Source of the DNA: Candidatus Marinacidobacterales bacterium
GTDB lineage: Bacteria > Acidobacteriota > Vicinamibacteria > Marinacidobacterales > DATDRI01
Assembly: GCA_965226495.1 (NCBI GenBank)
Contig: OZ245365.1
Coordinates: forward strand, 6,144,001 to 6,208,000
DNA length: 64,000 nucleotides
Reading direction: 5' to 3'
Part shown: positions 49,262 to 61,036 of the stretch, one piece after another
Layout: each line of letters starts with the position of its first letter
Position numbering within the stretch: the stretch's first letter is position 1
Notes under the pieces: model-generated
What the model saw: the letters and a program-made list of their open reading frames with translations, nothing else
Databases searched by the model: none
Told to the model about the DNA's origin: nothing
Program-made: the position numbers and the translations under genes

Positions 49262-49332
49262 AGTGGTCTGGGGCCCCCCACCCCCAGACCCCGCGCTACG
49301 TCGGCAAGCGACTTCGCGCGGGCTGAGGGCTC
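49262..49332 (-). repeat. Solo short copy of the right-end tandem repeat family
   Basis: Reverse complement GAGCCCTCAGCCCGCGCGAAGTCGC...CTGGGGGTGGGGGGCCCCAG matches array segments GAGCCTTCAGCCCGCGCGCAGTCGC and CTGGGGGTGGGGCCCCAG. Confidence 0.65.
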
Positions 49333-49391
49333 CTTGTCGGTCGACGATGCATCTGGTATCATGAACAACATATACAGTTAGAGGCTGACCG

Positions 49392-49706
49392 GTGGAAAGT
49401 GAAGACAAACTAAGACCGATGGTTCGTGACCTTGAGAAGAGTATCGAGCGCGCGATCTCGAGCTCGCCACAAGTGGAAGAGTGTTTAACTCGCGTACGCG
49501 ATGCCGGGTACGAGATTTCGCTCGTACTCCAAGCCACCCTGGCGTTCGCGCCCATCGGCCAGCTCGACGAAACGGCGGCTGAGACCCTCGCCGGAATTTC
49601 CGGAGAGAAGGGGGCTTCTTTTCGGATTAGCCCGCTGGACAAGAAGTTCTTGCGATCTCTCAAAATCGCCGTCGATGCCAAGGAAGACGACAAAACCCGT
49701 TCCTAG
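49392..49706 (+). CDS. Small hypothetical protein
   Basis: GAGG RBS, helical 104-aa ORF ending DKKFLRSLKI. Confidence 0.65.
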   Translation: MESEDKLRPMVRDLEKSIERAISSSPQVEECLTRVRDAGYEISLVLQATLAFAPIGQLDETAAETLAGISGEKGASFRISPLDKKFLRSLKIAVDAKEDDKTRS

Positions 49707-49742
49707 CGTTTTCGGGCGGCGACCGCCCTCCTGCCTTTTCAA

Positions 49743-51098
<1,356 letters not shown>

Positions 51099-51269
51099 CT
51101 AACCCGAGCCCGGCCGTGGTCCAATCCGCGCCTGGACGCGTGGCTAGATGATGGCCCCCGTCGTTTCTTTAGGCATTCTGTTTGAAACGAATCTTCCGGC
51201 ACAGAACGCGGATAATTTGACACTGTCGGGTGGCTATGGTAATCACAACTAGGCACTTAGTATCACATC

Positions 51270-53276
51270 ATGACATACACAAACCACGGTGGCCATAATT
51301 TGTTTGTTGTCATAGGTTTATCAGCCAAGAGGCCTGTTTTCTCGAAGAATCGGCTCTCCACGCTTGTCCTCCGTTTGGCTCTAGGCACGCTAGGTTTCGT
51401 TGTGTCCTTGGCTGGCCCCAGCGTTGCCTTTGCCTCCTTGGGTAGAAGCGAGGCACCCCCACCGCCGGATGTTGGCGAAGACTCTGGAGCCTTGCAAGTT
51501 CTGGAGGGCGATGTCAGTACCGATGGCGGCGAGCCGCTCGTCGGTGCGCTTATTTCCATCTTCGGCGCCAATCTCGGAGGGCGCGGCTTGATCGCGTTCA
51601 CCGACGAGGAGGGGCATTTCCTGGTGCCGGACCTCGAACCGGGTCTCTACTCGATCCGGGCATATCTTTCCGGCTTTCTGCCGTCGAGCTACTCGCGAAT
51701 ACAGTTGGACGCCGGCGAGGATGTGAGCTCGAAGCCCGTCTCCATGCAATTGGCTTCGCGCGAGAGCGATGCGAACCGTGCCGAGGGCCCTACCAGCCCT
51801 ACCAGCAACGAAGACGAGAGCATCCCGAGCGAGCCAACCCTGGAATACGATGAGAAAATGGCGGAGTTCCAATGGCTCCTTCGCCACGGAAGGAGAAACG
51901 TCCTCCACCAGGAGGCCGAAGGGCTTCCTGAGCTTTTGGACGAGGAACGCCTAAGCGAGGAACCTGCAAGTGAGACTGCCGCTCAAGCGATGGCGGCCTC
52001 GCAGATGCCCATAGAGGCAATGAAATCGATGGCCGGTGAGCTCGGGCTCTTCGCATTCGAACGAGGATTCGACGATCTCCCAACCACCCCTGGCGAAGTC
52101 GATGCCCAACTCGCCTATGCACGGTTGAACATTCCGACCGGACCTACGAGTCAGTGGATGGTGAGCGCCGAACTTTTGGAATCAGCGCTGTCCTCGTGGA
52201 TGGCACAAGCGGAGTTCATTACCGAGGTTGACTCCGACCGGCAGCTGGCCGCGGGCGTCACCTACGGTAATCATCAGTACCGCGACATCGGGAGCGCATC
52301 GGCAGGGCTCGTTGGGATGTCCTATGACCCGTCAAGCCCCGCGGGCAGCCGCGCGAGCGAGTGGTTCGGGACCGTCTATGGATCGCACCGTTTCCAAATT
52401 GGTGCAGCCGACGTGGGTGCCGGCCTCGCCTATCATTACTATTCCTATCTGGATCGTTCGAGCTACGCGGCGCCGCGGGTCGATGTGTCGTTCGCCGTCG
52501 ATTCGGACGCGGACACCCTGATCCGCGGTCTTCTGGACTACCGCGTCTCGGCCCCCGGCGGCGAAGACATGGGTCTGCTGGAGCGGATGGTCAGCGCCGA
52601 CTTTTTGGGCACAGCGGAGGGAAGACGTCGCGGCCTGCCCAACTTGACCGCGGAAACGGCGACTCGTTATCAGGTGAGCGTCGAGCGTCGGCTGGGTGAG
52701 GAGGGGGCGGTCGAGGTTCGAGTCTTTCAAGAAAACGTCAAAGGTCCGCTGCTCAAGGCCTACCTCAAGCATCCCTCTGGAGCCGGGGGGCCTGGGCACT
52801 ACCTGGTGTTGAATCAGGGGGACTTGCAAGCGAGAGGGGTTGGCCTCGCGGTCTCACGCCAGTTTGGGGGCATCGTGGGTTCGTTCGGCTATACGTTCGG
52901 GCTGGGGCGTGCTCTCGCCGAAAACGTCGGTGCGTTCCAGGCGGGCGCCGACGAACAAATGCACGACTGGACCACAAGTGTCCAGACCCGGATCGACCAG
53001 ACTCGTACTCGCGTTGTCGCGGTGTACCGGTTGAGCTCGCACCCCACGTTGGCACCGAGCCTGGTTCGCGGGAGCCAGAGCAGTCTGGATTCTCGCTTCA
53101 ACCTTCAGGTTCACCAATTGTTGCCGTTCGTGGGATGGGACAGCACACAGTGGGAGCTTATGGTCGCGGTGAGGAATCTTTTTTACGAGGACTTCGAGTC
53201 CGGGACGTTCTTCGAGGAGATGTCGGTGATCGATTCGCCGGCTCGAGTGGTAGGAGGGGTTTCGGTCCACTTTTGA
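51270..53276 (+). CDS. Carboxypeptidase-regulatory-like domain + TonB-dependent-receptor-like beta barrel protein
   Basis: Signal region, TDEEGHF...LEPGLYSIRA Ig-like domain, alternating beta strands, VRNLF, C-terminal Phe. Start uncertain. Confidence 0.7.
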   Translation: MTYTNHGGHNLFVVIGLSAKRPVFSKNRLSTLVLRLALGTLGFVVSLAGPSVAFASLGRSEAPPPPDVGEDSGALQVLEGDVSTDGGEPLVGALISIFGANLGGRGLIAFTDEEGHFLVPDLEPGLYSIRAYLSGFLPSSYSRIQLDAGEDVSSKPVSMQLASRESDANRAEGPTSPTSNEDESIPSEPTLEYDEKMAEFQWLLRHGRRNVLHQEAEGLPELLDEERLSEEPASETAAQAMAASQMPIEAMKSMAGELGLFAFERGFDDLPTTPGEVDAQLAYARLNIPTGPTSQWMVSAELLESALSSWMAQAEFITEVDSDRQLAAGVTYGNHQYRDIGSASAGLVGMSYDPSSPAGSRASEWFGTVYGSHRFQIGAADVGAGLAYHYYSYLDRSSYAAPRVDVSFAVDSDADTLIRGLLDYRVSAPGGEDMGLLERMVSADFLGTAEGRRRGLPNLTAETATRYQVSVERRLGEEGAVEVRVFQENVKGPLLKAYLKHPSGAGGPGHYLVLNQGDLQARGVGLAVSRQFGGIVGSFGYTFGLGRALAENVGAFQAGADEQMHDWTTSVQTRIDQTRTRVVAVYRLSSHPTLAPSLVRGSQSSLDSRFNLQVHQLLPFVGWDSTQWELMVAVRNLFYEDFESGTFFEEMSVIDSPARVVGGVSVHF

Positions 53277-53310
53277 GACAGTTCGCCGGAAAGGCAGAAA
53301 AGGAACACAC

Positions 53311-53339
53311 GCCACCCGAGATTCGGGTGGTTTTTTTTT
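53311..53339 (+). terminator. Rho-independent terminator
   Basis: CCACCCGA-GAT-TCGGGTGG followed by T9. Confidence 0.85.
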
Positions 53340-53507
53340 GTCCTGCCGGTAGAGTTTCTTATCTCTTTTCGTCACAGCCAATTAGGTGGATCCTGAAAAA
53401 TGGATCCTAGATCCGAAAATGCGGATCGAGGACCAGACTAGTCGTGCGGCTCGATAAATAACTCCCTTTTTGTGAAGGGTTTAAGGGCGTGGGGCGGTAG
53501 CCGCCAA

Positions 53508-53523
53508 TGGTATGGAAATTGCT
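53508..53523 (+). promoter_or_regulatory. sigma54 -24/-12 promoter for the two-component operon
   Basis: TGGTATGGAAATTGCT (GG-N10-GC), ~40 bp before the kinase start. Confidence 0.7.
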
Positions 53524-53565
53524 CCTAATTACCTATGGTCTTAGATAGAATCTCATGAGGCACAC

Positions 53566-56469
53566 GTGCAACTGACCTCCAGAGCGCGCTCCTTGAAGAT
53601 CCTGTTGGTCCTAGCGACTACCGGGACGCTTCTGGCTCTCGGGTTCAACAACATCGCGCTCAAGGCTAGCTTCCACCTCCCGGATGACGGTGTTTTCTGG
53701 GAGGCCCAGGACGCACAGGTCGTTGCCAAGAGGATGGACCCGGGTGGTCCGGCTGCGGAAGCGGGGCTTCGAAAGGGCGACGTCCTGGTGGCCATCGGTG
53801 ATCAAGCGGTCGATGCGCCGATTGACGTTCGAGAGATTCTCGATCGCTCCACAGAAGGGCAGACGCTCACCTACCAGGTGATTCGAGTCGATGAGCGCCG
53901 CGCGTTTTCCATTCCCGTTGCGCCCCTGCCTCGAGGCAACGTTGGCCTCTACTACTTCCTGGCAGCGGTCGGTATCTTCTCGCTTGTGGTCGGCACCGTG
54001 GTCTACATCCGCCGGCGAGGGGTTGCGGGAACCGCGCACTTCTACCTTCTCTGCGTGTTCTGGTTTCTGGCGTGGGGTATCACTTTCACCGGCAAGCTGA
54101 ACGTTTGGGACTCTGCCTTTTACTGGATGGACGTGGTCGGCGTGCTCTTCTTTCCGCCGGTGTTCTTACATTTCGCACTCGGTTTTCCGGAGAGAAAGCC
54201 TTTCGCAGAAAAACACCGCTGGGCTTTCCCGATTCTTTATGTGCCCTCTCTTTTGCTGATCTATGTGATCCTCCTGGGAAAGCTTTTCTTTTTTGCCAAA
54301 GTTCCGTGGGGAGATGAGTTCTTCGTTCAATCGAATCACGTAATCGATCGATTGCTACCGTTTTTTGTGGCGGTCATGTCCCTTGCCGCTTTTGCCGGCT
54401 TCGTCGATTCCTACCACAAAGCGCGAACCATTACGGTCAAGAAACAGATGAAGTGGATTGTTTGGGGAACCGGCTTTGGAATCGCACCTTTCGCGCTTTT
54501 CTACGCACTTCCATATTCGGTTGGCATCCAACCTAGTTTGGCCCTCGAGCTCTCGGCCGTCCCGCTGGCGCTGATACCGCTGTCGTTTGCCTACGCAATC
54601 GTCAAGTACCGACTGATGGATGTCGAGGTTCTCTTCAAGCGCGGCGTGGTCTACACCTTGGCCTCGGTCACCGTGGTCGGACTCTATCTCGCGATCTTTC
54701 TTCTCGGAACGCATTACTTGGTCGCCGACCCTCACAGCACAGTCATCGCACTCCTCGCCACGATGGTGGTCGTGTTGGTGTTCACCCCGCTGAAAAGCCG
54801 CATTCAAGTCGGGATCGACCGGCTGTTTTATCGGGAACGGTACGACTACCGCAGAGCTCTGTTGGCGTTCTCGAGGGATTTAAACGGCTATCTAGATCTT
54901 GACCATCTATCGCAGAGACTGGTCGAACGCATCCGCGATACCTTCGAAGTAGAAAAAGTTTCGCTGCTGGCACCGAACGAGGACGGATACTTTTCGGTGC
55001 TGGCGGGTTTGGGACTATCGGAAACGGAATGGCGTACGGTTCGCATTGCTCCGGAATCGATGCTGTTGAGCCGTTTGGCTCAGGGCGCACCTGTCTATTA
55101 CGACGGAACAGAGACTCGCGAGGACGCGGCGTTACCCGAGCTCGACGAGTTCATGACGCATGGACTGCCCTATGCGATCCCATGTCTGGCTCAGGGCAAA
55201 GTCGTCGGTGTCATCCTGCTCGGCCGTCGTTGGGACCAGAGCGCGCTTTCCAGCGAAGACGTGGAGTTGCTCCATACGCTATCGGGCCAGGCGGCGACGG
55301 CTTTGGAGAACGCTCGTTTGTATCGGTCTTTGGAGCTCAAGGCGGAACAATTCGAGAGGCTCAAAGAACACAGTGATAACACTATCGAGTCTCTCGAGGC
55401 CGGTATCTTGGTACTCAATCTGGATGGCGAGGTCGTCCGCTGGAATCGTTCCCTCGAGCGACTGTACGGGGTCTCGCGAGACGAAGCTCTGGGCCGCACC
55501 ATCGAAGAGCTGTTTCCAGTCTCCATCCAAGAGGTCTTGGTGGCTAGTATGGGGGAGGCCTGGTGGACGAGGGCCGAGGCGAGTGGCGTGTCTCGCTTGA
55601 ATCTCCGCAACCGGAATGACGAAACAAAGGTGGTAACGCTTCGGGTGGCTCCTTTCGTTTCCGGCACTGGAGAAACTCAAGGGACGATCGTCATCTTCGA
55701 GGACGTCACCGAAAAGGTCGGACTCGAGAACCAGCTTCGGCTCCGAGAAAAAATGGCATCGCTAGGTCTCCTCGCCGCGGGGGTAGCGCACGAGGTCAAT
55801 ACTCCACTGACCGGCATTAGCAGCTTTACGCAAATGCTGATAAGCCAAACGAAGAGAGACGATCCCCGCGCCAAGCTGTTGGAGAAGGTGGAACGTCAGA
55901 CGGAGCGCGCCTCCAAGATCGTCAACAATCTTCTCAACTTTGCACGCCAAGGACGGTCGAGCTTCGTCCCGGTTGACCTCAACGAGCAGATTCAGGATGT
56001 GCTCTCCCTGCTGGAGCACCAATTGACCCGCGCCCGGGTTCAGGTGCGGCTCGAGTTGAGCGAGGATTTACCAAGAGTTCTGGGCGACGAGAACAAGCTC
56101 CAACAGATCTTCTTGAACCTGATCCTGAACGCCCAAGATGCGATGCCATCCGGCGGATGGCTCACCATCAAGACCCTTGCGCGGACCTCCGAGGTAACGG
56201 TGGAAGTTAACGATACCGGCCAGGGCATCAGCAAGGATGACGTCAAGAGAATTTACGACCCGTTCTTCACGACCAAGCGCGCGGGTCGGAGCGGCACCGG
56301 CTTGGGTCTTTCCATCAGCTACGGAATTGTTCAGGAACACTCCGGACACATTTCGGTGGAGAGCACGGTCGGTAAGGGAACGCGCTTTCAAATCAGATTG
56401 CCCTCTCTTGAGACAGTGGCGGCCTCCTCCGCAGCCCGACCTATGCTCGGGAAGGCGAAAGGGAGCTAG
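53566..56469 (+). CDS. Sensor histidine kinase: PDZ + multi-TM + GAF + PAS + HisKA + HATPase
   Basis: GPAAEAGLRKGDVL (PDZ), multiple TMs, ALENARLY (GAF end), WNRSLERLYG (PAS), AHEVNTPL, NLILNA, DTGQG, PFFTTK, GTGLGL. Confidence 0.92.
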   Translation: MQLTSRARSLKILLVLATTGTLLALGFNNIALKASFHLPDDGVFWEAQDAQVVAKRMDPGGPAAEAGLRKGDVLVAIGDQAVDAPIDVREILDRSTEGQTLTYQVIRVDERRAFSIPVAPLPRGNVGLYYFLAAVGIFSLVVGTVVYIRRRGVAGTAHFYLLCVFWFLAWGITFTGKLNVWDSAFYWMDVVGVLFFPPVFLHFALGFPERKPFAEKHRWAFPILYVPSLLLIYVILLGKLFFFAKVPWGDEFFVQSNHVIDRLLPFFVAVMSLAAFAGFVDSYHKARTITVKKQMKWIVWGTGFGIAPFALFYALPYSVGIQPSLALELSAVPLALIPLSFAYAIVKYRLMDVEVLFKRGVVYTLASVTVVGLYLAIFLLGTHYLVADPHSTVIALLATMVVVLVFTPLKSRIQVGIDRLFYRERYDYRRALLAFSRDLNGYLDLDHLSQRLVERIRDTFEVEKVSLLAPNEDGYFSVLAGLGLSETEWRTVRIAPESMLLSRLAQGAPVYYDGTETREDAALPELDEFMTHGLPYAIPCLAQGKVVGVILLGRRWDQSALSSEDVELLHTLSGQAATALENARLYRSLELKAEQFERLKEHSDNTIESLEAGILVLNLDGEVVRWNRSLERLYGVSRDEALGRTIEELFPVSIQEVLVASMGEAWWTRAEASGVSRLNLRNRNDETKVVTLRVAPFVSGTGETQGTIVIFEDVTEKVGLENQLRLREKMASLGLLAAGVAHEVNTPLTGISSFTQMLISQTKRDDPRAKLLEKVERQTERASKIVNNLLNFARQGRSSFVPVDLNEQIQDVLSLLEHQLTRARVQVRLELSEDLPRVLGDENKLQQIFLNLILNAQDAMPSGGWLTIKTLARTSEVTVEVNDTGQGISKDDVKRIYDPFFTTKRAGRSGTGLGLSISYGIVQEHSGHISVESTVGKGTRFQIRLPSLETVAASSAARPMLGKAKGS

Positions 56470-56643
56470 GATCGCCGTTCGCTGCTTCGAAAATCGCAAG
56501 CTGCCTTTTGAGGTGTCGAGCGGCCCTTGTTTTGTTGCACGCTTCCCGTCACCCGGGCCAGAGGAACGAGAGAAACAAGAGGAGCGCGTTCGAGCCCGCG
56601 GATTTGGTCATCCCCGTTTGTCGAGCCAAAATAGAGATCGCAC

Positions 56644-58044
56644 ATGAGTGACAAAGGAACCGTCCTCGTCGTTGACGACGAGGAGGTTATGCGCGAGATC
56701 TTGGACTCGCTGCTGATCAAGGAAGGCTACCGCGTAAAGTTGGCGGCGACCGGCGAGGGGGGGCTGGAGCTGATGCGTCGCGAGCCGGTCGACGTGGCCA
56801 TTGTTGACGTCATGCTCCCCGACATGTCGGGCATCGAGGTTCTCGAAGCGCTCAAGAAGGCGGACCCTGAAATGGTGGTGATGATGATCACCGCCTTCGC
56901 TTCGGTAGAAACGGCCATCACCGCGATGAAGATCGGTGCCTTCGATTACATCACCAAGCCTTTCAAAAACGATGAGGTCCTAGCGGTGGTGGCCAACGGG
57001 GCCCACCAGCGCCACCTTGTCACCGAGAACCGGACGCTCAAACAGGCACTCTCTAGCCAACAACGCTACGACGTCTTGGTGGGCAAGGCGCCTAAAATGC
57101 AAGAAGTTTACGCCTTGATCCAGCAGGTGGCCCCTTCGCGAAGCACGGTCCTGATCTCCGGCGAGAGCGGCACCGGGAAGGAGCTAGCGGCAAAGGCCAT
57201 TCACAACAATAGTACGCGTCGCGAAAAGGCTTTCGTCACTGTGAACTCGGGGAGCCTACCGCCCGATCTGCTCGAGAGCAATCTCTTCGGGCACCTCAAA
57301 GGAGCCTTCACTGGAGCGGTCAGCCCCAAGAAGGGCCTCTTCGAGGTCGCTAGCGGCGGAAGCATCTTTTTTGACGAGATCGGGACGGTTCACCTCGAAA
57401 CACAAGCCAAGCTCCTTCGCGTCATTCAGGAAAAGGAGTTCATGCGTCTAGGAGGTGTCGACAACATCAGGGTGGACGTTCGCATCATCGCGGCGACTAA
57501 CACCGATCTCAAACGACTCGTGGAGCAAGGGGGCTTTCGAGAAGATCTCTACTATCGACTGAACGTCATCAATGTCGCGCTGCCGGCGCTGCGGCAGCGT
57601 AAAGAAGACATCCCCTTGTTAGTAAACCATTTTCTAGCCAAGTACGGTGAGGAGAACGGTCGTCCGGATCTCGAGCTCGAGAAGGAAGCGTTGCAATCAC
57701 TCGTCGAGTACGATTGGCCAGGCAACGTGCGGGAGCTCGAGAACGTCATCGAGCGAGCGGTGGTGCTGACGGAAAGTACGTCCATCGATCGCCAACTCAT
57801 CCCTGAACACGTCCGTGCCGGTCCTTCCTTCCACGTGCCGCAGGTGGTCGTCCCCGAGGAGGGGATCTCTTTTCGCGACGTCATAACCGCTTTCGAGAAA
57901 AAGTTAATCGAGTCGTCACTCGAAACATCGGGGGGAGTACAAAAAAAAGCCGCGCAACTTCTCGGACTCAAACCTACGACCCTGAACGAGATGATCAAAC
58001 GCTACAATATTCAGTTAGAGAGGAAGGAAACGTCGACTGGTTAG
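56644..58044 (+). CDS. sigma54-dependent response regulator (NtrC/AtoC family: REC-AAA+-HTH)
   Basis: VVDDE, DVMLP, GESGTGKE, GAFTGA, FFDEIG, WPGNVRELEN, Fis-type HTH. Confidence 0.95.
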   Translation: MSDKGTVLVVDDEEVMREILDSLLIKEGYRVKLAATGEGGLELMRREPVDVAIVDVMLPDMSGIEVLEALKKADPEMVVMMITAFASVETAITAMKIGAFDYITKPFKNDEVLAVVANGAHQRHLVTENRTLKQALSSQQRYDVLVGKAPKMQEVYALIQQVAPSRSTVLISGESGTGKELAAKAIHNNSTRREKAFVTVNSGSLPPDLLESNLFGHLKGAFTGAVSPKKGLFEVASGGSIFFDEIGTVHLETQAKLLRVIQEKEFMRLGGVDNIRVDVRIIAATNTDLKRLVEQGGFREDLYYRLNVINVALPALRQRKEDIPLLVNHFLAKYGEENGRPDLELEKEALQSLVEYDWPGNVRELENVIERAVVLTESTSIDRQLIPEHVRAGPSFHVPQVVVPEEGISFRDVITAFEKKLIESSLETSGGVQKKAAQLLGLKPTTLNEMIKRYNIQLERKETSTG

Positions 58045-58070
58045 TACTGACAACGACGGACGGCCGTAAA

Positions 58071-60161
58071 ATGAAGAGAGTCCTTTGTCACGCTTTTCTG
58101 GTAGTGCTTTTCCTTGCCGCGATTCCGTTACCGAGTCGGGGGGAAGACGATCGCATCGAAAAACTAGGCCCCGAGCACCGCAAATGGCTGGAGGAGGAAG
58201 TCGTCTACATTATCCTCGACCGTGAGCGTGAGGTCTTTCTCAGTCTCGAGACCGTGGATGATCGTAATCGATTCATCGAGGCATTCTGGCGAAAGCGCGA
58301 CCCTAATCGAGCGACGCCAGGGAACGAGTTCAAGGAAGAGCACTACCGGCGCATAGAGTACGCCAACAAGTTCTTAGGGCGGGAAACGTTCCGGAAGGGA
58401 TGGCAAACGGATCGCGGAGAAATGTACATCATTTTGGGAAAGCCGCAGGACATCCAAACTTTCGATGGCTATCAAAACCTTGTGAGCCAGCACCTTTGGT
58501 TTTATAGTGGCGACCCGACCAAGGGACTGCCTCCTTTTTTCTATCTCCTGTTTTTCAAAAATCAAGGCGTTGGCGAGCTCAGGCTTTACAGTCCGCTCGG
58601 CGACGGGCCGTCTCGACTCGTTCAAGGATCGGTTGGCGGCGGCAACGACCCGGGACAGGCGTTGTCCCTCCTCCAAAAGGCGTCACCAGAGTTAGCGCGG
58701 GCTTCCCTCACGTACGACGCAGGCGATGCGGTGGACATTCGGAATGCGCGTCCTTCGCTGGGCAGCGAAATCGTGATGGCGAGGATCTACGAGTCTCCCA
58801 AGCGGGCCGTCCGTGCCGATTATGCCGATGCCTGGCTCGAGTATCGCGATCGGGTCTCCGCCGAGTACTCCTTCAACTACGTATCTAACCGGAGCTATTT
58901 CGCCGTCCTCAACGGGCCGGATGAGACACCCTTCGTGAGCTATGCCATCGAGCTCGATCCGGAGAACTTCAGCATGGAGACCGATGAGGACCAGAGCAAG
59001 TTCTACACGACACTCGACGTCAGTGTAGAGGCTCGGAACAAGGAGGGGGTCGTCGTTCTCGCCAGCGACAAAGCGGACTATCTCGAGTTGAGCGCCGGAC
59101 AGTTTCAGAACGCCCGGTCATCTCCATTGTCCTATCAATCCAATTTCCCTTTGCTCCCGGGCGAGTACGACGTCAGTATCATTCTGAGGAATCGCGTCGA
59201 AAAGCGATACACCGTTGCTGAGATCAAGCTGGCGGTGCCTGCGCCTTCCTCCGAGAAGCTCGTGCTCAGCGATGTTGTTCTGGGTTACATGATCGAGGAT
59301 TTTCAGAGGACTGGTGCCGCGCCCGGCGAGGTTCGCGCCTTCCAACTCGGAAATTCTCGAGTACAACCTGCCGCGGACAGCATCTTTTCGCTCGGTGAAA
59401 CCATCCATGTGTTCCTTCAGGTCGAGGGGGCCAGCCAGGGTTCGCAGTTTCACTTCGCGCTGATGAACGGAGACGAAGTCGCACAGGAGAAGACGATGGC
59501 CTTGAGCACCTACCTGGGTGGTCCGGTCATCGAGCGGTTTCCGCTTCGGGGAATGGTTGGGGGGCGTTACACGGTACGGGTTCGTCTTCTGGATGCTTCG
59601 GGCTCCGTCTTGGCGGAGCGCGAGGCCCGCTGCCAAGTATCTCCTCGAGAGAACATCGTCCGCCCTTGGGTTAGACGAGTGAGCTTCAACACGGCTAGCC
59701 CAGGACTGCTTCCTCTGGCACGGGGACAACAATTCGTCGCCACGAGACGCTTCGAAGAAGCGAAAATCGAGTTCGAAAAGGTGATCGCCGCCGGCGGGCC
59801 CAAACAGACGGAGGGGCAAATGCGGCTGGCATGGATATCGATTCAGACCGGCGACTCCGCTCGTGGGTTGGAGCTTCTAACGCCGCTGGAGCAAGAGTTC
59901 CCTAACCAATACGAGGTGGTCGCGGGGTTGGGACTCGGCTATGGCCTTCAGGGGGATTGCTCGAAGGGAGTTCAATACCTCGAACGTGCCATGACGCTCC
60001 GCTCGCCGGATACCGCCGTGCTGAATGTTGCTGGCGAATGCTACATGCGAATGGGAGATAAGGAAAAAGCGACAAAGGCCTTTGAGCGTTCTCTGAATTT
60101 GAACCCCGAGCAGGCCAAGGTCAAAGAAGTCCTGACTTCCCTTCAAGGCAACGACGGCTGA
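58071..60161 (+). CDS. GWxTD-domain exported protein with C-terminal TPRs
   Basis: Signal peptide, WLEEEVVYII, FWRKRDP, GWQTDRGEMYIILGKP; TPR helices at the end. Confidence 0.88.
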   Translation: MKRVLCHAFLVVLFLAAIPLPSRGEDDRIEKLGPEHRKWLEEEVVYIILDREREVFLSLETVDDRNRFIEAFWRKRDPNRATPGNEFKEEHYRRIEYANKFLGRETFRKGWQTDRGEMYIILGKPQDIQTFDGYQNLVSQHLWFYSGDPTKGLPPFFYLLFFKNQGVGELRLYSPLGDGPSRLVQGSVGGGNDPGQALSLLQKASPELARASLTYDAGDAVDIRNARPSLGSEIVMARIYESPKRAVRADYADAWLEYRDRVSAEYSFNYVSNRSYFAVLNGPDETPFVSYAIELDPENFSMETDEDQSKFYTTLDVSVEARNKEGVVVLASDKADYLELSAGQFQNARSSPLSYQSNFPLLPGEYDVSIILRNRVEKRYTVAEIKLAVPAPSSEKLVLSDVVLGYMIEDFQRTGAAPGEVRAFQLGNSRVQPAADSIFSLGETIHVFLQVEGASQGSQFHFALMNGDEVAQEKTMALSTYLGGPVIERFPLRGMVGGRYTVRVRLLDASGSVLAEREARCQVSPRENIVRPWVRRVSFNTASPGLLPLARGQQFVATRRFEEAKIEFEKVIAAGGPKQTEGQMRLAWISIQTGDSARGLELLTPLEQEFPNQYEVVAGLGLGYGLQGDCSKGVQYLERAMTLRSPDTAVLNVAGECYMRMGDKEKATKAFERSLNLNPEQAKVKEVLTSLQGNDG

Positions 60162-60199
60162 TCCCGAGTCACCCTGGACTCCATCCCCGGCTAGAAGCG

Positions 60200-60631
60200 A
60201 TGGCCTTCACTAGCGTTCAAAAGATCCGATTCGATGACGTCGACGGTGCCGGCATCGTTTACTACCCACAGTTTTTTCACATCTGCCACGCCGCCTTCGA
60301 AGACTTTTTCGACACCGCAGCTCCCGTTTCCTACCCCGAGCTGGTGCGCGAACGGCGTCTGGGGTTCCCCACCGTGGCGATTGAAAGCACTTTCTCGGCG
60401 CCCCTCGTCTACGGTGACGTGGCGGTCGTCGAGCTCAACGTCGAGCGAATCGGTAAGACCTCGGTCACTTTCGGCTATGTGATTCGTCGCAAGAGCGACG
60501 GAGTCCTTTGCTTTCGCGCCAGCATCACTACGGTGTTGGTGGGCATGGACAGCCTGGAGCCGGTTCCGCTGAGCGACGAGTACCGCTCTATCTTCGAACG
60601 CCTGCTCTCTTCGAAAGAGGCGTCTGGCTAG
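60200..60631 (+). CDS. Acyl-CoA thioesterase (4HBT/YbgC hot-dog fold)
   Basis: IRFDDVDGAGIVYYPQF, PLVYGD, IGKTS. Confidence 0.88.
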   Translation: MAFTSVQKIRFDDVDGAGIVYYPQFFHICHAAFEDFFDTAAPVSYPELVRERRLGFPTVAIESTFSAPLVYGDVAVVELNVERIGKTSVTFGYVIRRKSDGVLCFRASITTVLVGMDSLEPVPLSDEYRSIFERLLSSKEASG

Positions 60632-60770
60632 GTTGAGTTAAGCACCCACCCATTTTGACGCCCGGCGCCTGGCCAAACTGATGCCGGCAACCCGATATTT
60701 TGGCGCCAATCACGATTTAGCAGACGCGTCTGGCAAAGGTGATATCTAGCAACATCCCTATTCTGACGCC
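60620..60770 (+). repeat. Three degenerate copies of the dispersed ~43-45 bp motif
   Basis: GCGYCTGGC-N13/14-GCAMC-N6/7-TTYTGRCGCC at 60620-60662, 60665-60707 and 60726-60770. Confidence 0.55.
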
Positions 60771-61036
60771 AGGCACGTGGCGGCACCCGCGTCTGGCTAG
60801 GGCCGTCTGGCGCCCCCGTTCGATCTGAAAGCCGCTGGCGCGAAACTATTCGGCCCCCCTCCTCGTATACAGGAGTGTGACGGATAGGCGCAGGTTGAGG
60901 GGGTCCAAGTCAACACGTTTAAATAGAACAGTTACCTTGTGGTCTCTCCTGACTCCTGGCCGCCACCCGTTGCTCGACCCGGGCTCTTGGGGGAGCAGTC
61001 CGGAGGAATGCGAAACTTTTCCCGTGGAGTGGAACG

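Noticed and set aside
49059-49391. 6S RNA or other known ncRNA
   Set aside because: No long rod with a central bubble was evident. The region is largely explained by two repeat-family copies.
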